This document shows, one piece after another, positions 1-12,775 of a stretch of 64,000 bases of DNA. The position numbers were made by a program, and so were the translations under genes. The notes under the pieces were generated by a model. It did no database searches, had not been told where the DNA came from, and saw only the letters and a list, made by a program, of their open reading frames with translations. Position 1 is the first letter of the stretch. Each line of letters starts with the position of its first letter. This stretch comes from Callorhinchus milii (taxonomy: Eukaryota): the NCBI RefSeq assembly GCF_018977255.1, contig NW_024704742.1:10604001-10668000 (forward strand), read 5' to 3'.

Positions 1-296
1 TCTTGACCCACCCAATATAGTTACAAGGTTAGCCCCAGTCATACTCTATCAGGTCCAGCGAGCTTGCCGCGATTCCTCTCCCAACCCCCAAGGTGGGTGG
101 AGGGGGAGGGGGACCATCCAGAGGGTGCCAGGCTACTGAGAGTGCACCACTGACTCATGGTGAATCAGCGGCCCTTTGCCCCTTGTTGGTCGCAGTTGGG
201 TCTTGCAGTGAGCAGTGCATGCAGCATTGGATGACATGCCACTTCAGCCCCATACCTATAGGTACTGCATCTGTAAGCATGGAGTCCGTCCTGCAC

Positions 297-514
297 TAAT
301 AATAATAATAATGATAATAATCCTTGCATTTGATATAGCGCTTTTCACGTCGGGAGGACGTCCCAAAGCGCTTCACAGAACACACTGTAAAGTGAATTGA
401 CTGTATATTTGTGGGCGAACGCGGCAGCCAATTGCGCACAGCAATGTCCCACAAACAGTCGTAGATTGAAAATGACCAATTTATTATTGTTTTTGGTTTT
501 GGAGGGATTATTAT
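297..514 (-). mobile_element. tRNA-Ala-headed SINE, short young form, 5'-truncated
   Basis: Reverse complement is near-identical to the body and tail of the 10291 and 22918 copies; GGGACGTCCTCCCGACGT tail plus (TTA)n. Confidence 0.9.
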
Positions 515-614
515 CTAAGGCAGAGAGAGAAGGGGGTAAAGAAAGAGAGAGGGAGAGAGGAGACAGAAAGTGGCACAGAGAGTGGTTCCTGGGTTAAAGT
601 AGATACCCTCAGAA

Positions 615-1400
615 TCCTTACTACAGAAGAATGCAAGAGGACATAAACAGGCTAGCAGAATGGGCAGCCAGATGGCAAATGAAGTTTAATAGAGGAAAAT
701 GCAAAGTAATTCACTTTGTCAGGAAAAATAAAGAAGCCGTCTATAGGCTGGGTGGTAGGAACCTAAGAGGAGTAGAGGACCAGATCCACAAATCTCTAAA
801 AGTAGCTTCAGATAAAGTCAAAGAAAGGCCAATAGGACCTTGGGCTTTATCTCCAGAGGGCGGAGGTAATGTTGGATTTATACAAAACCCCGGTTGAATC
901 ACATTTGGAGTATTCCGTCCAATTCTGCCTCCACAGAAAAAAAGGTTATAGCAGCAATGGAAAGAGTACGGCGTAGGTTTATAAGGATGGTACCAGGACT
1001 GGCAGGTTACCACTATAAGGATAGGCTGGATAGGGTAGGCCTTTTATTACTAGCGAAGGGGGACCTAACAAAAGTGTTTAAAATTATAAAAGGATTTGAT
1101 AAATAGGCTGTGTCCACTAGTTGAGGCGTCTGTAACCAGGCGACATATGTATAAAATAGTGAAGTGGGGATCTAAAAGACAATTTAGGAGGAACTCACAG
1201 AGTTCTGAGATTGTGGAATTCATTGCCTGAAGCAATGGTTGAATCAGATAGTATAGATATATTCAAGAGGAAGCTAGACCTACACATGAAGGAGAGGAGA
1301 AAAGAAGGGTATGAGAGGGAGTAAGGAATGGGTGAAGACTTGTGTGGACTCGGCATAGACTGGTTGAGCTGGGTGGCCCGTTTCCCTGCTGTACATTCTT
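615..1400 (+). mobile_element. CR1 LINE 3' fragment (decayed ORF2 C-terminus and 3' UTR)
   Basis: ORFs 631-897 (QEDINRLAEWAARWQMKFNRGKCKVIHF) and 894-1106 (ERVRRRFIRMVPGL) are typical CR1 ORF2; frameshifted. Confidence 0.9.
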
Positions 1401-1994
1401 TGTAAATCTTTTTATTCTTAGATCATCTAGGATATGCTGTGGTACATTCAAAATGTTTCCCGAGGTCCAGCAAAGGGCAGCACAAGGTCAAATGACTGCG
1501 ATCACATCAGAATCATTAGCAGCCAAGTGATTCCACATTTAGAAGAAAATTCAAAACTGACTCATAAGATCCAAGGATTTTACTAATGATTCCACCACCA
1601 CATCCAGAAATAGGATTTCATAGATTTGCTGTTCTGGCATTTTGAAGAATTTCTTTGTATTTTCGGTCTTTCCTGGATCAGACATTAGAAGAGCTGATAT
1701 TTTTTAATGCAGCTATTCTTCCTAATGGACCCTTTGGAAACTAGGAGTGTCCCCACCACCACACACACACCTTGTAAAAGTGAACTAGTATCCTGCATAT
1801 ATAAAAAATACACGTTATCTATAGTTTTATAGAGTGCAAGGTGTTGACTCCTACACTCTCAAGGTTAATAAAATGGTTGAGTGTAAAGGCTCTGTACTAA
1901 CTACAGATAATAGTAATAATCCTTGCATTTGATATAGCCCATTATCACAATTTAGAGTTAGATTTGACAAGAGGAGCTGTACCTCACTGCACAT

Positions 1995-2135
1995 AACACA
2001 ACAACAACTTGCACTTAAATCATGCCCTTCACGTGAGGTAGTGGCTCGGAGCGCTGAACAATGGTGGAGTTTGAGGCCGAGCCGGGGAGAGATAGGAGGT
2101 AACTATAGGCACAGACGAAGATCTGAAGCTGGGTA
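1995..2135 (-). mobile_element. L2 LINE 3' tail fragment (subfamily B)
   Basis: (CAA)n-CTTGCA...GCCCTTCAC tail similar to 59463-59700. Confidence 0.6.
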
Positions 2136-4205
2136 AAGCGGAGGCAAGATGGAGGGACTGAGGCAGGGAACTGATTTTGTTTAAATGACAGATATTTATG
2201 GATATTTATGGCCAAAGGCAATATCTGAAAATAAATAAAAGTTTACTTTAAAGAAACACTAACCACATCCCACCACCACATTCCAATATGTCGATCCCTT
2301 CTTTACTAGGATTTTAAGAGTTGTGTTTATTTAACTCTCCAAATTGAGTTATAATTTTTACAAGTGCAAAGTTGGATTTTCAGGCCTCCAATGTCAACAC
2401 TGAACATTCCCAGGTCAGGCTAAACCATTCACTACTCTGCCCAATATTATGCTTTAGTCCCAAACTCAACACCAGTGCTATATTTTCTTCTTCCCAAACC
2501 AGTCTTCTTCTCTCCCCCCTGAGTAACATTGCTAATAGTAGTGAAGTAAGGATAGTTTGTCACTGGGAATTCACTCAATCATTCAAGGAATTAGATTGAG
2601 ATTACCCAAACTTGTTTCACATAGAACACGAAAGGGAATATATTTTATCCCATCATTCGGGATTGGATTTAAACTGAGTCCCAGAGGTGAAAGGCCAATG
2701 TATTGATCCTCTGGCTCACATTAACTATCAGTTTTGAATGGATCAACTTCATATTCTTGCTAAATTAAATGACTCATTCCATGAATCCATCCTTTCAAAG
2801 CACATGTGGTTTGAAGAATTAAGAATCAACATAAATGTATTTATTGTTTCACCCACAAAATACTCAGTCATCTCATCTCTCAGCATATCATGGGAAGCAT
2901 TTTGAGATGTGTGACAATGACATGATGAGGCACAAACTTGAATGCAAGGAATACTATTATTGTATGATACATTCGGTGTGCTGCAGGCTTCTCCATTGCA
3001 TCACAAAGCACAGAGCACAAGGCTAGAGATTAATCAGCCCTGACTCACTCTATCAGTACTTTAACTCAGTAATGAAGGCAATGTATCTCCTTCAGTGTCA
3101 ATTAGTTGTGGGTCAAGTCTTTGTTGGCCTTTTCCTACTCTCGTATTATCATATGTAGGTGTTAATAACTTGCCAGGTTTCAATTTGGGTGGCATCACTC
3201 ATCTCTGTGACTACAAAGGAGGCTCTTACTTTGTGCTGGCATTCGTCCTACTAACGCAATAATAACCAAATGTATCTGTACTCCTGAAAAGAAAATGTAT
3301 TTGTGATTAAGCCAGTATGTCTCAGGATATGTTTGCTCAGCCATCTGTTTCCCTTTGGGTAGTTCCAGAAGTAATTATCCCAAACAAAGATGAATATCCG
3401 CAATTCAGTATCAGACAACTCAGCAGAACTAATGATCACACTCTGCTAAACGTTAAAGATAATTTTATAGGCTAAAAAGAGCTGCATGTTTGAACGCGCT
3501 GCTAGTCTGATGCTCATTAAGACTGCTCTTGACTTTTGCTGTGAAAATTAAATGATAACTTTTATTACAATTGTGGATAAGTTGAGAGATCAGTAAGTTT
3601 TATGGTCAGTTTGCTGGTGCCCTTTTAATTTTAGTATCAAAAAATATCGAGTTAAACAATAATCATTCAACTCTGGGACCCTGGTTAGAATCTCATATTG
3701 AAAGTCTTCTCTCTCAGCTGGAGCAGAATGGAGATAGCGATGCATTCAACTATGCTACATCTAACCTGAGAGTCCTTAATATAAGATAGTGACATATTTC
3801 CCAGCACTGATATTGTTCACTTTTATGAGTACACAATATACAAAACAAAGTATAAGAAAAGAAAAATGCACGCTGACCAATTTAATTTTGAAGACTTATC
3901 TTCAAATCACACACAAAGTCTTTCAACAACAATACAACAACTTGCATTTATATAGCGCTCTTCATTGTTTTGATGTGTGTGATTTTGTCCAGACTTTGAC
4001 ATTTATTTAGGGGAATCTTATTTTGATCTACTTATGTGATTATTTCCAGACAACAAATGCAAAACTTTTGCACCTAGTTGGCTTTTGTAGGTGTAAATTA
4101 TACCAAGCAAAAACTGCAATCTGTGAAATGTCAATTATCACTGGTGGTAAATACATTATCATATATTTGATAAATGAGATCAATGAAACCAGTCAATAAT
4201 TAATT

Positions 4206-4540
4206 GGAGTCCTGTAGCTCAGTGGTTAGAGCACTTGCCTCACAAGTGAGAGACCTGGGTTTGATTCCCGGCAGGGGAAACGTTGGGCAATTTTCCTTAC
4301 TCCACAAGTCTTTCTTTAACGAGCAGTAAGTTGGAACCCGGTTGTTAGTTGATTGGTGGATCACTTTTCCGGGAGTAATAATTCCTTAAAAAAAATTGGT
4401 CACTCAATCCATGACTGTTTGTGGGACACTGTCGTGTGCAATTGGCTGCTGCATTTCACCCACAAAATATACACTTTAAAATATATTCTGTGAAGCGCTT
4501 TGAGAAGTCTCTATATCAAATGCAAGGATTATTATTATTA
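4206..4540 (+). mobile_element. tRNA-Ala-headed SINE, long form
   Basis: GGAGTCCTGTAGCTCAGTGGTTAGAGC head with A/B boxes, extra internal segment, TGTGGGACACTG..CAATTGGCTGC body, (TTA)n tail. Confidence 0.9.
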
Positions 4541-6644
4541 CAATGATTGTATCATTGTATGATTATAAAGAGTGTGCAACCTCAAGTCCCCTATCCATGC
4601 CCCCAAGTCATGGATGGGTCTGATGCAGGTATTGCACTTTTGGTTGTGGAAGGTAAGTTAAGATGGTCTCCTATTTACCAACACCTCAATCCTGCGATCT
4701 CTGGGCCAGAAGTACTAAACTGTGCCCCAAGTCAACTTTGACACAATCGTTAAGATGAAATGTGGGAAGAAATCACACTGGTGGCCAGTGTTGAGTTATT
4801 GACTGACCTCGTTGACAGCACTTATCAACAGTGTGACAATTAACACATCACAGGTCCCATTCTCCACCCCCAGTGTTCCTTATTGTGGTATATTCAGAGA
4901 CTTTAGCAGTCTTACATTACTAAGAAAAGTAATAGCATATTAGCTGCCCCTCCTTAATAATCATTCAACTCCCCTGGTATTGCATTGATTGGAAAATCTG
5001 TATTCTTAATTTATTTAATGGACCAAAACACACTCAAATGGAAATTGAGTAAAAGTGGAGAGTTATTTCATTTAAACAGTGACCTAAGCATTTTCTGCAG
5101 AGATCATATTAGGTGGAATTAGCCATGAGCTTCCCTGAGTTATGAAGATCTACGTTGATCAATAGCATGTATATCTCGGGCTGCAATGGTCATTTCATTG
5201 AGGGCAGGATTGCAAGCCAGTCAGTACATTTTCGGACTAACTGGTTTGGAATGGAGTCAATTGGAAAGTACGTTCAATATTTATCACATTAAATGTGCCG
5301 CAGGCTATCCACAAGAGATTAATTTGTTATATAACGAACCTTCTGGATTTTCGCAGGGAAAATTGAATTTTTTTTTTGTTGTTAACTTCTTGTAGGTTTA
5401 GTTTATTTCTACAAGTGCACAGCTCATACTTTTTCAACCATGATTTTATTAAATTCCAATCTATTCAAAGCGCTTCAGGATGCTACTCCATGTGAAGGTC
5501 CTGATATAAATGCAAGTTGTTGTTGTTGTATTCTTCCAGTCCTGCTCGTGCTCAAAGCATGGAAGATGATCAGAGAATAGAGACACAGAAAAAAGGACTT
5601 TGCTTAGTATCCTCAAGTTATCAGTTTAGTTTGAAGATTGAAGACCTTCAAATGTATAACGCATTAAAGGTATTACTTCCTGGGCAGCAATCCCCAGATA
5701 ATGGTCATTCACATTGTGGATGTTTATGGAACATTGCTGAGCATAATAGGATATATACAATCACTTTACAGCAGTTACCTGTAAAGAGCTTTGAGACATT
5801 TCAACGTAATAGGCATGATATAAAATGCAAAAATTAATACAGTCTCACTAATACTGTACAATGCATCTTTTCCAGAATTGTTAACTATTAAATTGTGGTT
5901 TAACTAATGATGTATTTGATAACAGTTTGTATTATGCATCTAAATGGTGTATCATGTGGCATCAACCGTAACATGTACCTCAAGATCATTCATTATTCAT
6001 CAAATTCAAGTGCTGTATGTGCTTATCACTGTTACCAGCAGCACACAATATGCTCCCAGGACTGCAATACCCTTGATTTATCCTAACTAAAAGTACAACT
6101 TCACAGAGCACGAGGCAATGTTCCTCCCTTAATTAGTGCTGGTGGCAGCAGAAATATTTGCTGATGAATAAATACTGTTTTCAGCCACTATTGTCAGCTG
6201 TGTTTTGTGCCGAGGTTTGGCTGTAAAATTGAACTTACTACTGGTTGGAAGATAGAATGCAGTGTATGTGTTTCTTATCCGGTATTTGGTGGCGAGATGA
6301 CAGTGATTCCTAATGGGACTTATTGATGTTGACTTGTAACTGAATCGTGAAAAGTGAATGATGCCAGTAAGTGAAAGTGAGTCCTATCCTATGGTTTGGA
6401 ATGAGTTTTCTATGGATTGGCACGTCTAATTTCTGATGACCCACAGGATTCCCTAAATGTTTGTTACTCGGTGACTATGTTCATGACTCCAGTTACATAT
6501 TGTCACTAACTAAGCCCCAATGATTTGGAACCCAAATATTTTGCTGAATGCACAGGAATCTATTTTATTGATTTTTTTCACATGTTATTTTAGCCAAGAG
6601 TATCAGCAAGATCATTTTTCAACAGCACCGCTCACGGGAATGTA

Positions 6645-6960
6645 GAGTCCTGTAGCTCAGTGGTTAGAGCCCTTGCCTTGCAAGCGAGATACCTGGGTTA
6701 AATTCCAGGTAGGGCAAAATCTTGGGCAAATTTCCTTAATCCACAAGCCTAATAATAATCCCTCCTGAAAACAAAACAATAATAAATTGGTCATTTTCAA
6801 TCCACGACTGTTTGTGGGACACTGCTGTGCGCAATTGGCTGTTGCTTTTCACCCACAAATATAGTCAATTCACTTTACAGTATATTCTGTGAAGTGCTTT
6901 GAGATGTCGAGAAGACGTGAAAAGCATTATATCAAATGCAAGGATCATTATTATTATTAT
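6645..6960 (+). mobile_element. tRNA-Ala-headed SINE, short form
   Basis: Full head, body lacking the ~65-bp internal segment, GAGAA-loop tail, (TTA)n. Confidence 0.9.
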
Positions 6961-7149
6961 AATGTGGAGTACAAAAGTCACCAGTGTTATTAAGAGTCAA
7001 GTCCTGGGATGTCACAACAAAATTAGTGGTATGATCTGATGGCCAAATTGTACTATATTAAGTTGTGTGAATCATTTTAAAATGATCAGGCACCAAGTCA
7101 GATTTTTAATAAAAATAATAAAAGTATTAAAACCACTTTGCCACTCACT

Positions 7150-7560
7150 TATTCACCTTCAAAGACCTCTATGGTCTTGCTCCTCCCTACCTCTCTGACC
7201 TCCTAACTCCATATCAGCCTGTCTGCTCCCTCCGCTTGGTGGACACTGGTCTGCTTCAAGTTCCCCCACACTTCCCAACAAACCATTGATATCTGGTGTT
7301 CAGCATCTCTGCCCCCCCACTCTGGAACTCTATCCCACAATCCCTCTGCCTCACCCCCTCTCTTGCCTCCTTCAACTCCCCTCTAAAGACCTTCCTCTTT
7401 GACCGTGTGTTTGGCCACCCTCCCACACCCACTCCTCCATCCTTCCTGACCCCAACTCCTAGCTCGGGTCCAAAACTTCTGATTATCCAGCATCCTGGCA
7501 CATCTTTCTAACATGAAGGGCGCTATACAAGTATAATTTGTTGTTGTTGGTGTTGTTGTA
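7150..7560 (+). mobile_element. L2 LINE 3' fragment (subfamily A)
   Basis: ORF 7296-7511 SAPPLWNSIP..ASFNSPLKTFLF is the L2 ORF2 C-terminus; (TTG)n tail. Confidence 0.85.
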
Positions 7561-9234
7561 CGTCTGTGCCTTATTGACTTAGTAGGTGGCACTCTCCCCA
7601 CTGGGTCAAAAGATTATGGAATTAAGCTGCACATACTTAAACGTAATTGTGAAGCACCTTTAAACGTTTCACATATGCGGTGCTAAGAAGAGTATGTTCT
7701 TTATGTAGAGTGTGGTGGTATTTACCATTAAATCTCTTAACGTTGTCAATAATTTTTATCTTCAGTATGGAAAACCCCAGAACTCGAGCCTCAATCTCCC
7801 TTCTGCCTTCTCTCATTGCTTTGTGATTAGGATGGCAACCTACAAAACCTTTACAAAATAAAGGCTGCAGGTGATATTTTCTATTTTTCAAATAATGTGC
7901 ATTTTAAATATATTTTTTTGCACCCACAAAATACACAGTCCTTCCACTTTACAATATATCCTGTGAAGCGCTTTGAGACGACTCAACGACTTGACAAGGT
8001 GCTTTATCAAATGCAAGGATTATTATTATATATTATTCTCCAGATCAGGTTCCACTGTGCTCATAAATTTCCTTCCTGAAAATATGAACAATCATCAATA
8101 TTTTATACATAAAAATCGCAAGCTGATGCATTTTTTTACCTTAAGAATATTGTTTTGTAAATCTGTTTAATTTCATTAGACTGCATAAGTAGGAAGAACC
8201 TTAATGTCATGCTTGATTCTATCCTTCTTAATATCATTTAATTGCATCAAAATAATTGGCCAATATGACTGGAAATAGGCTACAAATGAAAACATTCATA
8301 ATGGAAATAGCCATGAGCCTTTGCTGCCTCAGTTTGCCTGCTGTGTTACATGCCTGTGCAGCTCTGTGTCAAACCAATCTCTTGGTCTTAATGCCTAGTT
8401 TATATTACTGCAAGTGAATTCAGTTCTGAGACTCCCCTCAATGGAGTTGAATGCCGGTTCAGTTTTTATTTAATGATCATGCTAAGCTGGTTGCACTGTT
8501 ATTTATTATCATGGAGAATAATCTGGTAAAAGTTCTGGACCGCAAACAACTTTGAGGGATTATTTGAGAGCGAATGCCAAATTGGTTTTGGTTACACAGG
8601 TATAATTACAACTAGCCATAATTTTTTATTCTAGCCCCCAAAAGATTGAGCTCTCTCTATTCAATGTTCTGTGTGCTGGCCACTTTGTTATCTCTGACTT
8701 TAATGCAATGTTTATACTGAACATCTGGCATTTAATCACTATGATTTTACTATGACAGCAATTTGTCAACAAGTGTACGGTATAAATCTGTATAAACTCT
8801 GTCAGTGCAAATGTACTGCTGTTGACCCAATCTGGAGGAGATGATTTCAGGAGCAGTTTCAAAGTCTATTTTCCAGTTTTTAAGTGTGTATGTATGTGGT
8901 GTGTACTATTCACGCTGAACTTCCTCCCACAAAATCTGTTCCAAGCACTTGGGATGTCCTTTGGACCTCCTGTAACTTTCAATGCAAAATTTAAAATTAA
9001 TATTATGGCATTCATGTGACCAGCTGAATAATGCTGCAACCAAACCCTCGATTTTAGTGTTTCATATGTTTCCCAACATAGATACAGAACGCCAATATTA
9101 GAGGGTCTAACTTGTGCCATTTCACAGAGATTGCTTTATAAAGACTTCTTCAGGCAATTGGAAATACATCACCTCAACAGATGGGAACTCTGCTCCAGAA
9201 TAATCTATCTTCAGAGTGGAGTTTCAAAGGTCAA

Positions 9235-9700
9235 TAGGACTACAGCAGGTAACAAGAGGGCAGTAATTTAAGACAGTTAGCAAGGGAGCAAAAAAGAGAG
9301 TAGGATGAAGTTTGTTAGCAAGAGTTGTTAGGGTGTGAAATGGCCTGTTTGGTGTGATGGTGAGGCAGGATCAATATTAGTTTTGACGAGGGAATTCAGA
9401 TTGATATCTAAATAATTTGCAAGAATGTGGGGAAAAGGTAGGTAAATAGAGCTGAATGGTTGTTCCTTATCCAGAGTGTAATTAACAACTGGAACATGTT
9501 GCTAGAAATGATGGTTAAGTCACTGGACTTGTTTAAAAAGCAGTTTGATGCCGTGATGGGAGTGTCAGTAGGGTGTATATTTCTGGAGGGATGAGATCAG
9601 ATGGGCCAAAAGGGCCTTCTTCACCCAAACTAATCTGTGACCTTTCAAAGAGCCAGCACAGATATGAGTTCAATGGCCATCCTCTGTACAGTAAATTTCT
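9235..9700 (+). mobile_element. Old CR1 3'-end fragments
   Basis: Degenerate ACAAGAGGGCA.., GATGGGCCAAAAGGGCCT and TTCTATG terminal motifs resembling 44600-44913. Confidence 0.55.
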
Positions 9701-10074
9701 ATGGTTCTACTTATTAAAAAATCCTGTTAAGAAATACTGCAAATTTATGTTTCACCTGTGGTTTATTTTCTAGCCCTATTTGAAAATCATGTGCAGCTGT
9801 TGGTATAAATTTGGTTTTAGACCGTAGTTACACTGGTGGGAGCAGGTCTGCTTCCCTCTCAGCAATGTAAATGCAGTGTAACACATCCGTCTTAAAAGAA
9901 AGATAGGATTAAGATAGGTCCATGTATTATGACCAGCCCAATTTGTTCAGCCCTGTTCAGGTCAATAATATCTGGAAAATAATAATAATGAAAATAAATC
10001 TTGCATTTCATGAAACCTTAACAGGTTGAAATGTCTCATGGTGCTGTATATTCTGTATCAGGTGCTTTGAAATG

Positions 10075-10795
10075 TTAGGTTGGCTCAGTTGGTAGCACAC
10101 TCGCCTCTGGGGCAGTAGCTTATAGGTTTGAGCTCCACAGTAGGCCTTAAGCTTACAGTCTGGGATGACACCCCAGTGGAGTATTGGGGGGTATTGGAAT
10201 GCAGGAAGTGGTGCTCTTCATATAAGATGTTAAATTGAGGTCACATCTCTCTGTTCAGTTGGATATTAAAGAGAAATTGTGAGATATTGTGGAGTCCTGT
10301 AGCTCAGTGGTTAGAGCACTCGCTTTGCAAGCGAGAGACCTGAGTTCAATTCCAGGCAGAGGGCGAAACCTTGGGCAAGTTTCCTTACTCCACACAGAGC
10401 CTAATAATAATCCCTCCAAAACCCAAAACAATAATAAATTGGTCATTTTCAATCTACGACTGTTTGTGGGACATTGCTGTGCGCAATTGGCTGCCGCGTT
10501 CGCTCACAAATATACAGTCAATTCACTTTACAGTGTGTTCTGTGAAGCGCTTTGGGACGTCCTCCCAACGTGAAAAGCGCTATATCAAATGCAAGGATTA
10601 TTATTATTTATTTATAGAAGTAAAGAGAAGGGGATTCTCCCAATATCCTCTAGATAAATTTCTTATTCACCTCTTGATTGTTTGGGGAATACTTTTGTGC
10701 GTGAATTAGCTGCCGCATTTGCTTGCAAATACATCATTAACATAAAGCACTTTGAGATGTTTCAATTTTAGAGGCACTATAGCAAATGCAAAGAT
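10075..10795 (+). mobile_element. Old Deu-domain SINE split by a young SINE insertion at 10291-10608
   Basis: Head GGCTCAGTTGGTAGCAC, Deu-like GATGTTAAATTGAGG..; resumes after 10608 with GAGAAGGGGATTCTCC..TTAGCTGCCGCATTTG. Confidence 0.7.
10291..10608 (+). mobile_element. tRNA-Ala(UGC)-headed SINE, short young form, full length
   Basis: Cloverleaf-like head (D-arm GCTC/GAGC, anticodon arm CTCGC-TTTGCAA-GCGAG), CTCCC-loop tail, near-identical to 22918 and 61106. Confidence 0.95.
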
Positions 10796-11214
10796 TGTAA
10801 ATTTAAGCAAGATAGCAAAAAAGGGCAGCCAATCTACAATAGCATTGACTGACCAAGAATGAAACAGGTGTGTAATTAACCTGAATATCTTTTGAGCTGC
10901 ATTTGGTTGAGGGAGGAAACTACCTGCTGCACTATTTTTGACATGGACTCATTAACCTAAACTCACAGGCAGGCAGGCAGGCAGGCAGACCAGATCTGAG
11001 TTTAAATTCTCATTTACAAAAAAAACACTTATAATCTGGGACCTTGGCTGGCGAAAATAGCATGAAAGGGAGTAACATTGGATAGAGAGGAGATTGAAAT
11101 AGACATAGTGAGATAAATCAGGGAGGCCGACAGGGAAATAAACAGAAGTATCAAAAATTAAAGCAGGAAAAAATAATAATAATAATCCTTGCATTTGATA
11201 TAGCGCTTAAAGGA

Positions 11215-11495
11215 ATACAAAAACAACAAAAATATATTTGTATTGTGCCTTTCATGTCAGAAGGATTTCCCAAGATGCTGGACAGTCAGTGTTTCGGACC
11301 CGAGCTGGGGGTCGGGATTGGGGAGGGTGACGGGCGGGTCGGGAAGCAGGTTGATTGAAAGCATGGTTGAAGAGGAGGGTCTTGAGATGGGTCTTGAATG
11401 TGGCAAGGGAAGGGGCGAGGCGGAGGGACTACGGGATGGAGTTCCAGAGAGTAGAGGCAGAGTGGCAGAAGGCCCGTCCGCCAATGCTGAGGCGG
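11215..11495 (-). mobile_element. L2 LINE 3' fragment (subfamily A)
   Basis: Reverse complement matches 18700-18960; (CAA)n at the left end. Confidence 0.85.
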
Positions 11496-12564
11496 ATAAC
11501 AGAATAGAATAAAAGTGGGATAAAAGTGAAAGGCAAAGAGATAAATCAGATCAGCTCCCATTGCAAATAATTAGCTACCTTTATATTTGAGATGTTTTAA
11601 AACTTCTGACCTCAAAACTATGGTAAGCAAACATTTCTCCACAAGCAACAATACAACAATTTCCTATTATGAAGACGTAGAGAAAAAAATGAAAGGGGAG
11701 ATATTACACAGGGGTTTAGATTTACTTTATTGGAGTGGCGGGTAGTAAATGGGGTCTCCTTGGAGCTGAACTGGAAAAAATAATAATAATAATCCTTGCA
11801 TTTGATATAGCGCTTAAAGGAATACAACAACAACAAAAATATATTTGTATTGCGCCTTTCATGTCAGGCTCCAAGGTGACATCCTTGGCAATGGAATATG
11901 TGAATTGAGCCAGCCCTCTGTGGCGTTCTTTCATCCAGTTCTCGAGCCAGGTGGATCCCTTTACTCCAGGGTACTACCAGTGACAGCCTGGCTCATCAGC
12001 AGGACTTGGAAGGGCAGACCAGTCATTGGGGACAAGAATTCTTACCATTCAGCTCCAGTTACCCCTGTAAGACAAAACCTTAATGAATACGGTGGTCCTA
12101 TCTGGACAAGCAGCGAGAAAGTTTGCCAGGCTCTACAACAACAGCAACAGCAAAAACTTATTTATATAGCCCCTCACACAGGGGAGTGTCCCAGAGCGCT
12201 TAAAGCTATGCAACTCTAGCTGGTTAGACTCCAGCAGTCCCCTATCACACACTCTGGAGTCCCCATCCTTGGCTCTTCCCAACCTACACCTAATACTTTT
12301 TGGAATTAGGTAAGCAGGGAGGGAGTACCCATTCCATTCCAATAAACATCTCTCGAATTTCTACATAAAGATTGGAAGCACGGAAATCTCACCTTAGTTT
12401 GGATAATCTTAAGCGTAGTGATGGGTTTCCGCACTGTCAGACACCCGGATGTCCCCCAAAAATCTATTTATGTTGCATTTTAGAGCACTCACAATTTGGC
12501 AAATTGTTGAATTCAGTCTTAACTTTGAAGTCGTCTTTCTGTTGTTCTTAAAATAAACTTACAA

Positions 12565-12775
12565 AGTGTCTGAAATGCACTGTCTGAAAGATTGGTGGAA
12601 ACAGATTCAATAACAACTTTCAAAAGGGAACTGGATAGGTATTTGAAAATTAAAAATTTGCAAGGATATGGGGAAAGAGCAGGGAATTGGGACTAATTGA
12701 GTAGCTCGTCCAAAGAGCCGGCACAGACATGATGGGCTGAATGGCTTCCTTCTGTGCTGTAATATTCTATGAATT
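12565..12775 (+). mobile_element. CR1 3' end
   Basis: Matches 44700-44913: AAAGAGCCGGCACAGACATGATGGGCTGAATGG..ATTCTATG. Confidence 0.8.

Noticed and set aside
10291..10365. tRNA-Ala genes (this and other GGAGTCCTGTAGCTCAG copies)
   Set aside because: Each runs directly into a SINE body and tail, with imperfect T or acceptor stems and no oligo-T terminator; these are SINE heads
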